In this document: positions 36,001-45,464 of the stretch, piece after piece
How positions within the stretch are numbered: position 1 is the stretch's first letter
Layout: each line of letters opens with the position of its first letter
Origin: an uncultured Planctomycetaceae bacterium
GTDB lineage: Bacteria > Planctomycetota > Planctomycetia > Pirellulales > PALSA-1355
NCBI GenBank assembly: GCA_963828155.1
Contig: CAWHDQ010000012.1
Location: 162,942 to 226,941, forward strand
Length of the DNA: 64,000 nt
Direction of reading: 5' to 3'
Position numbers and translations under genes: made by a program
Notes under the pieces: generated by a model
The model's database searches: none
Seen by the model: the letters and a program-made list of their open reading frames with translations, nothing else
Told to the model about the DNA's origin: nothing

Positions 36001-36486
36001 GAAGCGACGGCGTGAACGTCTCGGTGCCCGCAGCCGTTGCCGTGACCGGAATCGTGAACAGCAACTGCGGGGCCGACCCGGTGGGCGTGAAGCCGCCATA
36101 GCCTCCGGTGTCATTAATCGACCCGGGCGTTTCCGTACTTCCGACCTGTCCTTCGACAAAGTCGGGGCCGTAGGTAATCGTCGCTGTGGGCGAAATCGAC
36201 GCCAGCGTTCGGATCGTACGTTCCATTAAGTTCGGCGTCGAACACGCCACCGCTGGCTCCGCCGCCCGTCGTATCTTGCACGATCGCGCGGAGCTGAAAG
36301 GTCGTGCCCACGGGCACCGACGTCAGAATGTTGCCGCTCGCGTCGGTCGCTTCGAAGGTCACGACTGCCGACGCCGTCAACAACTGCCGGGCTTCGAGCG
36401 GCTCGCCGTGCCATGCGGACCTGCGCCGGCGGCGGCGCTCCGGCGGGGCAACGCCGTTCGATTCGCATGCAGGTCGGGTCCGCCAT
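33083..36486 (-). CDS. Large surface protein: Planc_extracel leader, two cohesin-like domains, four choice-of-anchor D/ASH-like domains, Calx-beta, dockerin-like end; frameshifted near the 5' end, start uncertain
   Basis: EPLEARQLLTA leader in ORF 36114..36674. 4x G..I..G.....A..TDFG repeats. TVDFATADGTAVAGTDY. DVNGDNATTPIDALVVIN / DTNDSGTITPLDALSVIN. Confidence 0.85.
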
Positions 36487-36692
36487 ATCGCCCCCTTGGC
36501 CGCATCGTGGTCGCCAGGAAAGTCGCCTCGCGCCTGGGCGGCGCACCGCGTGACGTCCGTCTGCTCCACAATTTCGTTTGGTTGGCAGGTCGCCCGCCGA
36601 CGACTGAGGCGGGCGCACGAGATTCGCCGCGATTTTAGCCCCTGCGGCGCGGCCGAGTCAATTTTTCCTGACACGGGGGTCCCCAGCCGATC

Positions 36693-37043
36693 CTACCCCC
36701 CGGCAGCGGCGCGGTCGGCGATCTGGCGGCCGAACTGGATCACCAGGCCGCCGACGATGATGATCGCCAGGCCGAGCCAAGTGCTCGGGGCAATCGTTTC
36801 TTGAAAATAGAACCGGCCCGCCAGAACGCTGACCACCGCGAACACGGCCACGTACACGCCGAGCAACCGCGCGAAGTCCACGTCGGCCGTGTTGACCACA
36901 ATGCCGTAGATTCCCAACAGCACTGCCCCCAGGACGACCAGCGCCCAACCGCCCCCCTTCAATCCCTGCCGCACCACGGCGTCGCCCCCCACCTCCAGGC
37001 ACGCCGCAGCGAGAAAGATGGCTCCGTGAATCAGGTGTTGCAT
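36693..37043 (-). CDS. Small 4-TM protein, YnfA/SMR-like
   Basis: AAACLEVGGD, FARLLGVYVAVF, four hydrophobic helices. Confidence 0.7.
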   Translation of the reverse strand: MQHLIHGAIFLAAACLEVGGDAVVRQGLKGGGWALVVLGAVLLGIYGIVVNTADVDFARLLGVYVAVFAVVSVLAGRFYFQETIAPSTWLGLAIIIVGGLVIQFGRQIADRAAAGG

Positions 37044-37323
37044 GGGGGTCGGCTCACTTTGCACGAGTTGCTCGACGGTCCCTGCGACCGGGCGGCGGTT
37101 TCGCCGCAGGCGTCCGGCGTACCGCCGTAAGTTTTACGTCTCAGTATTATTTCTAACGGTCGTGATGCCCGGCCGCCAATCGTTACCCGGACGCCGAGCG
37201 CGGCGTCGACTATTCTGGGGCCCGGTTCGCAGCTTTGATATCGAGCGCGGCGGCAGCTAGACTTGGCCTCGAACCTTCGGCCGCCAGCCAACCGAGCCAA
37301 GCCTTTCCGGAAAGACGCAATCG

Positions 37324-38517
37324 ATGCTCCGGCGACGTAGAGCCCATCCGAGAACCGTCGGGGACTGTCCCAATTTTGCGCAGCAGGCGGAGCAAAACGG
37401 GACTGTCCCCTTCTCCGAGACGGTTCTCGGATGGACTCGTATTGCGGTCCGTGTTCCCGCGCTGGCCTGCATGCTGATCGTCGCTCGCAGCTCCGCGGCC
37501 GACGAGCCGCGCTGGGTCGCGATGGCCAGCGATCAGGCCGCGATCGACGCGCCGGCCGAGGTGCTGAAAAAGGCCTTCAACGAAGGAATCGGGGGTGGCT
37601 TTTTGACCGTCCATCCGGCCAGCGGCGATCTGTACGTCGAAGGGCACGCGGCGATCGTCAGCTCCGACGGCGGCCAGCATTACAAGCTGGTCGATCCGCA
37701 GTTCGCCTCGAACGGCGCCTTTCCGCTCTGTGCCGATTTCCATCGCGACGGCAAAAAGCTGGCCCTGTTCGGCTGGTGCGACGTGCGCGGCTCGTCCGGC
37801 TCGGGCTATTCGCTCGACGGGGGCAAGTCGTGGCACGCCCTGAGCAGCTTCGACGGACCGGACCAGAAAGACCGCGGCGGGATCACCAGCGGCGCGCTCG
37901 AGCCCGGCGACGGGCAGACCGTGCTCGCCCGGGGCTACAACTATCACGTCAAGAACCTGTTCTACAGCCCCGACCTGGGCCGAACCTGGACCAGGCTCGA
38001 CAAGTCGCGCGAGGGCGTGCAGGGCTGGGGCGTGTTCAGCCCGCGCGAGCTGGTGGTGAGCTACTGGAACCACATCGAGCACAGCGAAGATGCCGGCGCC
38101 ACGTGGAGTGAAGTTTCCAAGTTCGGCTTCTGCTATGGGCCGGTCGTACACCTGGGCGAGGCCGCCTGGTGGCTTTCCGACAAGGGGCTGATCGCCAGTC
38201 GCGATCGCGGCCGCACCTGGGCGCTCGAAGGCGCTACGCCGCCCGCCCGAATCCGCGACGAAGTTTGGACCGGCCTCGTCAATGGCCGCGACGAGAAACA
38301 CTTTCTATTCCTGTCCAAAGCGGGCCCGATGGAAACGCTCGACGCTGGGCAGTCGTGGCGGCTGGTCGCCGAATTGCCGGAAGATTATGCCAAGACCCAC
38401 CTCGGGATCAGCCTGGGCTACGATCCCGGCCGCGACATCTTCTACCTGATCGCCGGCGGCCACGGCGGCCTGCGGCCGGTGAAGTACGAGCGCCGGGCGT
38501 GGGGGCCGGCGAAGTAA
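37324..38517 (+). CDS. Secreted BNR/Asp-box beta-propeller (sialidase-like) protein; start uncertain
   Basis: Repeated S.D.G.[ST]W motifs (SLDGGKSW, SPDLGRTW, SEDAGATW, SRDRGRTW). Confidence 0.8.
   Translation: MLRRRRAHPRTVGDCPNFAQQAEQNGTVPFSETVLGWTRIAVRVPALACMLIVARSSAADEPRWVAMASDQAAIDAPAEVLKKAFNEGIGGGFLTVHPASGDLYVEGHAAIVSSDGGQHYKLVDPQFASNGAFPLCADFHRDGKKLALFGWCDVRGSSGSGYSLDGGKSWHALSSFDGPDQKDRGGITSGALEPGDGQTVLARGYNYHVKNLFYSPDLGRTWTRLDKSREGVQGWGVFSPRELVVSYWNHIEHSEDAGATWSEVSKFGFCYGPVVHLGEAAWWLSDKGLIASRDRGRTWALEGATPPARIRDEVWTGLVNGRDEKHFLFLSKAGPMETLDAGQSWRLVAELPEDYAKTHLGISLGYDPGRDIFYLIAGGHGGLRPVKYERRAWGPAK
37344..37434. repeat. 91-bp palindromic MITE/REP-like element, copy 1
   Basis: Perfect 16-bp terminal inverted repeats (ccatccgagaaccgtc / gacggttctcggatgg) and two internal gggactgtccc motifs. 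Confidence 0.9.
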
Positions 38518-38539
38518 GCAAAACGGCAGAGCCGCCGAC

Positions 38540-38573
38540 CCCTCGCCCTTTCAGGGAGAGGGCAGGGTGAGGG
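38540..38573. repeat. Short REP-like hairpin (ccctcgccc...gggagaggg...gggtgaggg)
   Basis: Imperfect stem just after the stop codon at 38517. Confidence 0.55.
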
Positions 38574-38677
38574 TTTTTACACCATCGGGATGAACACGCG
38601 CAGCTCGCGTCGGTCAATCGGCAGACGGTGCCGTCGAGCTACCGCGCTAACTTCCCCGGCTCCGCTAAACTGACGGC

Positions 38678-38938
38678 ATGGACGAATCCAAATGGGTGCC
38701 CACCACCGAAGCCCTGCCACGAGAAGAGGCTGGGCAAGCGTTCGAGTCTTGGCGGAAAGGGTATCTGGCCGCCCTCAACACGAGCTTTCTGCCGGACGAC
38801 GACATTCGATGGGACGTCATTCGCGCAGTGGGCGGGCGTGTCTGGTATCGCTATTTGATTCGTGCGACCGCCCCGGGGATGCCTTCGCCGTCGGATGAGG
38901 CGATAAAATTGCTCAACAAGCAACCACGCCGCCCATGA
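38678..38938 (+). CDS. Small hypothetical protein
   Basis: 86-aa ORF whose stop overlaps the next start (ATGA). Confidence 0.55.
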   Translation: MDESKWVPTTEALPREEAGQAFESWRKGYLAALNTSFLPDDDIRWDVIRAVGGRVWYRYLIRATAPGMPSPSDEAIKLLNKQPRRP

Positions 38939-39243
38939 TCCGCCCCCGGTTTCGGTTTTCTCTGCGGACGCTGCTGGTCGTGGTGACGCTGGTCGGCTGC
39001 TGGTTGGGCTACCAGCTCAATTGGATTCGCCAGCGGCACGCTGCATTCCAGGATCGGCGGCTCCAGATCGTGCGGCTATCTCCGCCAGCCTATTCGCCTG
39101 GCGCCCCGCAGTTGCTATGGCTGTTTGGCGAACGCGGTATCACGGGCGTCTATCTGATGGACCCCGAGCTAACCCCCGGCGATCTTAAGCGCCTGAAGTC
39201 GTTGTTCCCGGAAGCGTGTGTCGACTGGCCGGCAGAGGAATAG
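38935..39243 (+). CDS. Small 'RFSLRTLL-leader' membrane protein
   Basis: MIRPRFRFSLRTLLVVVTLVGCWLGYQL...WLFGE...LFPEA. Confidence 0.8.
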   Translation: MIRPRFRFSLRTLLVVVTLVGCWLGYQLNWIRQRHAAFQDRRLQIVRLSPPAYSPGAPQLLWLFGERGITGVYLMDPELTPGDLKRLKSLFPEACVDWPAEE

Positions 39244-39374
39244 CGAACTTTTCCCCAACTCCCTCGCAGCTCCCGGCCTTCGGCCGGCTGTGTGGGCCTT
39301 TCGCCCCAAGTAAACCCGCCGGACCTGCCGTGCGGGCCGCTGTTCTGCCGCCCCTCCCGGCTCTGTTAGACTTA

Positions 39375-40328
39375 CAGGCTGCCAAAAAACCGGCGTAAAT
39401 AAAAGTCAGTACTCTGCGAGCCTACGAGACGGTTTCCGTGAGGATGTGTAAGCAGATGACGGCCGCGGCGATACTCGTCCAGGCGTCAATTGAAGTATCT
39501 GATCGATCGTAGCGGACTCGCATGCGGCGTAGACCTTTGACCCAACTGATGGTGCGTTCCACGACCCAGCGTACGCGACCGAGATGACTGCCGTGATCCC
39601 CTGTGCGATGTCGAATGTGCGGTTCAATGCCCAGCCAGCGGAGCACGATCCGCGTGGCTTCGCAGTCATATCCCGCGTCGGCGTACAACTTCTGGGGATG
39701 GTTTCGCGGCCGCCCACGCTTGCCGCCGATCTCCGGGAAGTCGACCACGGCCGGCAGGATCTCGCAATGGTCGCTGGAGTTGGCCGGAGCCGCACGAATC
39801 ACCAGCGGCACGCCGTCGCGATCGACCAGCAGCGTGAATTTCGTCCCTTTTTTCCGGCGATCGACAGGACTTGGGCCCGTGGCATCTCCTCCACCGAACG
39901 CACGCACCTGAGTCGAGTCGATGACGGCCGTCTCCAAGTGCAGTTGCTTTTCGTGATTCAACATGGTCAAGAACAAGTGATGCAACTGATTCCAAATCCC
40001 TGCGCGCTCCCAAGCTTGCAACCGGGTGCGTGCGGTTTCGCCACAGCAGCCCATCTCCTGGGGCACCTCCTTCCAACGACAGCCTGTGACAAGCACGAAC
40101 CAAATGACCTTCAGCACGGTGCGATGCCCGGTCGGTGGCCGGCCCCCCTTGGGGCCGATCTCCTTCTCAGCAGGCAACATCGGACGTGCCAACTCATAAA
40201 ACTTCTCCGGCATACAAGCGTCCGCCATGACAGTTCTCCTTGTGAAACGGACAAGGGGGCTGTTATGGCCGGGCGCAAATTCTATGCCAATTCAGTCGTG
40301 TTCTGATTTGCGGTTTTTTGGCAGCCTC
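39375..40328 (-). mobile_element. Complete IS5-family insertion sequence (IS427-like), 954 bp
   Basis: 18-bp TIRs at 39375..39392 and 40311..40328 (17/18 match). TA on both flanks; the reconstructed empty site is CTTAAG. Confidence 0.9.
39422..40228 (-). CDS. IS5-family DDE transposase
   Basis: GGRP, TGCRW, IDST, ADAGYD and RWVVERTISW...RR...RYDR; uninterrupted ORF. Confidence 0.95.
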   Translation of the reverse strand: MADACMPEKFYELARPMLPAEKEIGPKGGRPPTGHRTVLKVIWFVLVTGCRWKEVPQEMGCCGETARTRLQAWERAGIWNQLHHLFLTMLNHEKQLHLETAVIDSTQVRAFGGGDATGPSPVDRRKKGTKFTLLVDRDGVPLVIRAAPANSSDHCEILPAVVDFPEIGGKRGRPRNHPQKLYADAGYDCEATRIVLRWLGIEPHIRHRTGDHGSHLGRVRWVVERTISWVKGLRRMRVRYDRSDTSIDAWTSIAAAVICLHILTETVS

Positions 40329-40350
40329 TAAGCAGGATTCGCGCGGGGCC

Positions 40351-40756
40351 CTAAGACGCCGCGGAAGCCTCGGGGTAACCTCGGTAAAACCAGAAGTTCG
40401 GATATATCGTTGCTTCTGGAAATGCCGTTTCAAACTCTTCCATGCGCTCCTCCGGTACAAGGATGGCACGGATTGCCCGGTCGCCGATCAGCCGGCGAAA
40501 CCACGGGACCGAGTGGATGAACGTCTCATGGTCGGCATCCGCCGGCATGAGCACGCTACCTACTTCTAGGTCGGCCGGCAGGTAGGATGCCTCGAAATCT
40601 TCGGGTTCCAAATTGCGATTTAGCTCCGTGATGCTGGCCAGAAGCTGCTGGCGCTGTGCGCACGATGCGAAGCTGCCAGCCCAGCCAACAGCCGACGAGC
40701 GTCACAAGGACCAGCAACGTCCTGAGCGAGAACCGGAACCAGCGGCGGGGAGTCAT
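40351..40756 (-). CDS. Small 'RFSLRTLL-leader' membrane protein, frameshifted
   Basis: MTPRRWFRFSLRTLLVLVTLVGCWLGWQL, then PWFRRLIGD...AFPEA in ORF 40351..40611. Confidence 0.75.
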
Positions 40757-40833
40757 GGATTGTGCCGAGGCCGGGGGGCTGGGATGCGGAGCTAGCGCAC
40801 CTTTGTGGCCGCGTTTGTGACGACGCATTCAGT

Positions 40834-41220
40834 TTATGGAGCGGGATCCGTGGGCGCGGAGCGGCGGATGGAGGCCTCGATGATAGGCCCCAGGCCCCCT
40901 GGGCTATACCCAATTGCGCTTTCGGGAAAGAGCCAGCGCATGCGGACGCTGGCGGGGTGCTGTTCGGCGTGGAAGACCGTAATTGCGTCGATTTGAAGGT
41001 CCCCCAGCCAATTTCGCCACGTAGATAGCCCACTGAAGTCGCTAGCGCCTTCGCCATTGACGTACCAGATGTAAAAATCCGTGCCGTTCCTGTCCAGGCA
41101 CGCAACTCGTTGTCCAATCCAATGCAGCTGGTAGCCGAGCCAGCCGCCGACGAGCGTCACCGAAACGAACAGCGTTCGCAGGCTGAATGCGAACCGAAAC
41201 CAGCGGCGGGGATCGTTCAT
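40834..41220 (-). CDS. Small 'RFSLRTLL-leader' membrane protein
   Basis: MNDPRRWFRFAFSLRTLFVSVTLVGGWLGYQL...WRNWLGD...LFPES. Confidence 0.8.
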   Translation of the reverse strand: MNDPRRWFRFAFSLRTLFVSVTLVGGWLGYQLHWIGQRVACLDRNGTDFYIWYVNGEGASDFSGLSTWRNWLGDLQIDAITVFHAEQHPASVRMRWLFPESAIGYSPGGLGPIIEASIRRSAPTDPAP

Positions 41221-41252
41221 AGCTCCTCGCGCCAACAGGACAGCAATGAGGT

Positions 41253-41641
41253 TTACGGCAGTTTGAATGCCTGAATTTTGGCCTCTGGAAACAAATCGCA
41301 AAGCCTGGCCAGGTCTTGCGACGAGAGAGCGCCGTCTACAACCAGGATTTGCCAGGCAGGCGGGTCGAACACAACGCTGGGGAATTGCCCGGCGGGGCTT
41401 TGGGGGTCGCCTTCCTGGACGTTTCGCCAGTCCTCCGGATGGTTTTGAGAAAAAACCCGCGCGAAGGTGGGGCTGGCCTTCGATGCAACGTGAGACAACA
41501 CGCCGTCTAATCGCGATCTCATCTCTTGGCGCTGCGCCCGCGGTGGAGCTGCATGGCCAACCAACCCAGTAACGCTGACGAGAGCGTCACCGCGATCAGC
41601 AGCGTCCTAACCGTAAACTGGAACTGGGGGCGGGGAGTCAT
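41253..41641 (-). CDS. Small 'RFSLRTLL-leader' membrane protein, frameshifted
   Basis: MTPRPQFQFTVRTLLIAVTLSSALLGWL, then ...LARLCDLFPEAKI in ORF 41253..41564. Confidence 0.7.
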
Positions 41642-41823
41642 TTGCGGCGCTTGCCGGGATAAAAAAACGGGATTAAGGTCCCCACACACCCGCCGCCGAA
41701 CGCCCATGCGGCCTGTCTGATTCTTTCTTCCGGTTGCCCGTGGTCATAGGGATAGGGCTCTCCAAGCATGTGGCCGATGGCCATGCCGGCGATAGCGCCG
41801 AAAAACATCATCGCGATTCTCAT
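41638..41823 (-). CDS. Small two-TM hypothetical protein
   Basis: Two hydrophobic segments; stop overlaps the downstream start (ATGA). Confidence 0.5.
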   Translation of the reverse strand: MRIAMMFFGAIAGMAIGHMLGEPYPYDHGQPEERIRQAAWAFGGGCVGTLIPFFYPGKRRK

Positions 41824-42183
41824 TGGCAGGCCTCACGGGCGGCGCTCCGGCTCCGGTCCTGGAAGTCCAGGCCCAAACCAAAGGCGCGGACATCAGGCAT
41901 CCCGCCGACCGATGGAGGTCTCGCGCCGCGGAGTTGCCTCCGAATTAGCGTATTGTACGGCGGAATCGATCAGCGCCACATCCGTTCACCAGCATTTGGC
42001 CGCCAGTCCCCGCCTGGGCCACCCCACCCATCTTCCGACGCCTGCGAGTGCTGCCACCATCGCAGTTTGTCGCCCCTGATCAGTGGCCTAAAAACTTCCT
42101 GGAAATCGGGCGCGGATCGGCCTACACTCCGGAGTTGCGCGGGGCTGGACGAGCGTGCGCGGGGCGGAAGGGGTTTGCAAGCA

Positions 42184-42784
42184 ATGGCCGGCCGGCCCAG
42201 GGCGCTCGACGATGCCAAGCAGCGCGAAATCTGCCGCGCTGATCTCCGCCGGCTGCAGCCGCAGCGACGCGGCCCGGTATGTCGGCTGCGCGGTCAGCAC
42301 GATCCAGAATTCGGCCCGCCGCGATAAGGCGTTCGCCGAGCGGCTCCGTCACGCCGAGATGAACGCCGAGCTGGCGATGCTGCGCCAGGTCCGCGAGGCC
42401 GGCGCGCGGAGCTGGCGGGCGGCCGCCTGGTCGCTCGAGCACTTGAACCCGCAGCGCTACGCCCGGCGGCGGGCCGACTATCTGACTTTCGAAGAAGTCG
42501 AGCAGCTCATTTCGACGCTGGCCGGCGTGATCCTCCGCGGCATCGAACCCGGGCCGGTGCTCAAGGGCGCAATCAAGCGGCTCGACAGCCTGATGGACGA
42601 CTTCCGCGAAGTCGCCGGCCGCGAAACCGCCCGCGATCGCAGCCGCCTGGCAAAGGAGATTCTGGCGGAGCGCGAGGCGGAAGAGGAGACGAGCAGAAAA
42701 AAGCAGAGGGATGAGAGGGTAGAGGGTAGGGAGCAGGGAACGAAGAATACACGAAGCGGTCCGGAAGAAACGAGACGTGAGTGA
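42184..42784 (+). CDS. HTH protein resembling a phage terminase small subunit, frameshift near 42235
   Basis: MAGRPRALDD..REIC + ALISAGCSRSDAARYVGCAVSTI...SWRAAAWSLEH..P.RY. Confidence 0.6.
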
Positions 42785-43073
42785 AATGCCGGATGGCTGA
42801 GAAACAATGCGCAAGAATTGGGCGGAATGGTGCGCGGAATGGACGAAATGCCGGGGCATTGTTGGGGGGCGAGGGGGTGAATCCAGCGGCGGCTGCCGGA
42901 GAGAGGCCGGCCGGGCCGTCCAACAATCGGGTGATTGTTGGACGATGACCCGGCGAATGGGGTGCGTGGCGTCCAAAAATGCGAGTTGAGCTATGGGGGG
43001 ATCAGGTATGGCGGAACGCAAGTGCGGAGCCAAGCCAGGGGCGTCCCGCCGGATGCCGCCGGCAGGCTTAACG

Positions 43074-43150
43074 CGTCTCGGAGAAGGGGACAGTCCCATT
43101 TTGCTCTGCATGCTGCGCAAAATTGGGACGGTCCCCGACCGTTCTCGGAT
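43074..43150. repeat. MITE/REP-like element, copy 2 (inverted relative to copy 1, one terminus missing)
   Basis: 77 bp matching the reverse complement of copy 1 with 5 mismatches. Confidence 0.9.
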
Positions 43151-43297
43151 AGGCCCTAAGTGCCGTTTCGCGCTACTAGCCCGGCGGGTTTCCGCTGGAC
43201 TAGAATGGGGGCTCGGCCGGCCTTTCCAGACGCTCGGCGCCGGCCGCACGGCAATCCCCCACACATTCCCTCCACGTCCTTCCCAGAGGTAACCGTC

Positions 43298-44528
43298 ATG
43301 GGCCAGAAGTTCCAGACCACGCGCCGCGACTTTCTCAAAACGGCGGGATCGGCCGGCGCCGCGCTCGCCGTGCCGTACGTGATCACGTCCGCCGCCTTGG
43401 GCAACCAGGATCAGCCCGCCGCCAGCGAGCGGATCGTGATGGCCGGCATCGGCATGGGCAACATGGGCTCGGGCGACCAGGGCGCCTTCCTGGGCCGCAA
43501 GGACGTCCAGTACGTCGCCGTGTGCGATGTGCGCGAGAACTATCGCGAGGGAGCCAAGGGCCGCGCCGACAAGCACTACAACAACAGCGACTGCAAAGCC
43601 TACAACGACTTTCGCGAGATCCTGGCCCGGCCCGACATCGACGCGGTCCACGTGGCCACGCCCGACCACTGGCACGCGATCATGGTGATCGAGGCCTGCC
43701 GCAACGGCAAAGACGTCTACTGCCAGAAGCCCGAGTCGCGCACGCTGCGTGAAGGCCCGCTGATGGTCGAAGCCGCCCGCCGCTACGGCCGCGTGGTTTC
43801 CGGCGGCAGCCAGCGGGTGCTGGAAGACTATCGCGACATCGTCGCCAAGTGCTGGGGCGGCGAGTTGGGACCGATCAAGTCGATCAACGTCAACGTCGGC
43901 CCGCTCTCGCAGCCCTGCAACCTGCCGGCCGAGTCGGTGCCGCCGGGCATCGATTGGGACATGTGGCTCGGCCCCGCGGCCTGGGCTCCCTACAACAAGT
44001 CGCGCTGCGACGGCAACTTCTCGACCAGCGGCGGCAGCTGGCGGTCGTACATCGATTACTCGGGCGGCGGCATGACCGACTGGGGCTGCGCACCATTTCG
44101 GCGGCGCCACGTTTGCCGTCGACGTCCGCGAATTGCAGCCGGCCGAAGTCGTCTACAACGACGAAGGCGGCAACAAGTGGCTGGCCTATAAGTATCCCAA
44201 CGGCATCACGCTGACGCACAACAAGCCGGGCCAGGGCAACCTGCAGGTCGAAGGCACGCCGGGCGAGAAGCGCGAAGCCAAGCCGGTGCCCACCTACAAG
44301 GGCGAAGGGGGCATCTACGGCGACTTCATCCACTGCGTCAAAACCCGCGAAAAGCCGTTCCGCGACATCGAACTGGCGATCAACACCGTGACGGTCAGCC
44401 ACCTGGGCATCATCGCCTACGAGCTGAAGCGGTCGCTCAAGTGGGACCAGGCCAAGCAGGAATTCCCGGGCGACGCCCAGGCCAATCGGCTGCTCGATCG
44501 GGCCCGCCGCGAAATGTGGCAGCTGTAA
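43298..44528 (+). CDS. Tat-exported Gfo/Idh/MocA oxidoreductase, frameshift near 44088
   Basis: TTRRDFLK, IGMGNMG, VATPDHWH, DVYCQKP, DWDMWLGPA and GGGMTDWG(AH). Confidence 0.92.
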
Positions 44529-44592
44529 GCGGCCGGCCGGTTTCCGTCACCACTTTCCCAACCATAACGCCAGAACATATTCGGAGTTCAAC

Positions 44593-45291
44593 ATGTTGGA
44601 TCAAGCTTTCGAGGCCCTCAAAACCTACGACTGGGGCACGGACCGCAACCAGCTCAACCCGATCGACGACGCGGTGATCGCCGCTCGCGGCAACGAAGCC
44701 GCCTCCAAGGAACTGGAGTCCAAGCTGGCCGCCGTGCTCAAGACGCCCGTCTCGCGGGATGCCAAGGACTATGTCTGCCGCAAGCTGATGCTGATCGGCA
44801 CGGCCGCTTCGGTGCCGACGTTGGCCGAGTTGCTGGGCGACAAGGACGTGTCGCACATGAGCCGTTTCGCACTGGAGCGGATCGACGCGCCCGAGGCCGC
44901 CGCCGCGATGCGCGATGCGCTGCCCAAGCTGGCCGCCCCGCAGAAGGTCGGCGCGATCGGTTCGCTGGGTGTTCGCCGCGACGCGGCCAGTGTGCCGGCA
45001 CTTGCCGCCCTGCTGGCCGACTCCGACGCGGCCGTGGCCGCCGCAGCCGCTTACGCCCTGGGTGACATCGGTGGCGGCGACGCGGCCAAGGCCCTGGCTG
45101 CCGCCAAGCCGGCCGCCGACGGCACCAAGCGGGCCGTGGTCGATGCCTCGCTGGCCTGCGCCGAGCGGCTCGTGGCCGACGGCAAGAAGGCCGAAGCCCT
45201 GGCGATCTACCAGCCGCTGGCCGGCGACGGTCAGCCGAAGCACGTGCGCCTGGCCGCTACCCGCGGCATGTTGGCCTGCGCCGGCAAGTAA
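44593..45291 (+). CDS. HEAT-repeat protein
   Basis: CRKLMLIG...SVPTLAELL, AAAAAYALGDIG. Confidence 0.88.
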   Translation: MLDQAFEALKTYDWGTDRNQLNPIDDAVIAARGNEAASKELESKLAAVLKTPVSRDAKDYVCRKLMLIGTAASVPTLAELLGDKDVSHMSRFALERIDAPEAAAAMRDALPKLAAPQKVGAIGSLGVRRDAASVPALAALLADSDAAVAAAAAYALGDIGGGDAAKALAAAKPAADGTKRAVVDASLACAERLVADGKKAEALAIYQPLAGDGQPKHVRLAATRGMLACAGK

Positions 45292-45464
45292 GTCGAACGA
45301 AGCGATTGTTAGCAAGTGAATCCGAGCTCGCTCCCGCGGGAGCGCGCGGCGAATCTGGGGTGGGGACTGGCATCGCGGGCGCGCGTCCGGCTAGGCGGAG
45401 TGGACACGTAGCCGACAGCGGGTCGCCGTCCCCACCCTTTTTATTTTCTCCCGAGGTGACTGCC

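Noticed and set aside
43298..44528. Gfo/Idh/MocA gene as an inositol dehydrogenase of the lipid cluster
   Set aside because: It has a Tat signal and is grouped with HEAT-repeat genes, a generic planctomycete arrangement. Nothing in the sequence supports inositol specificity.
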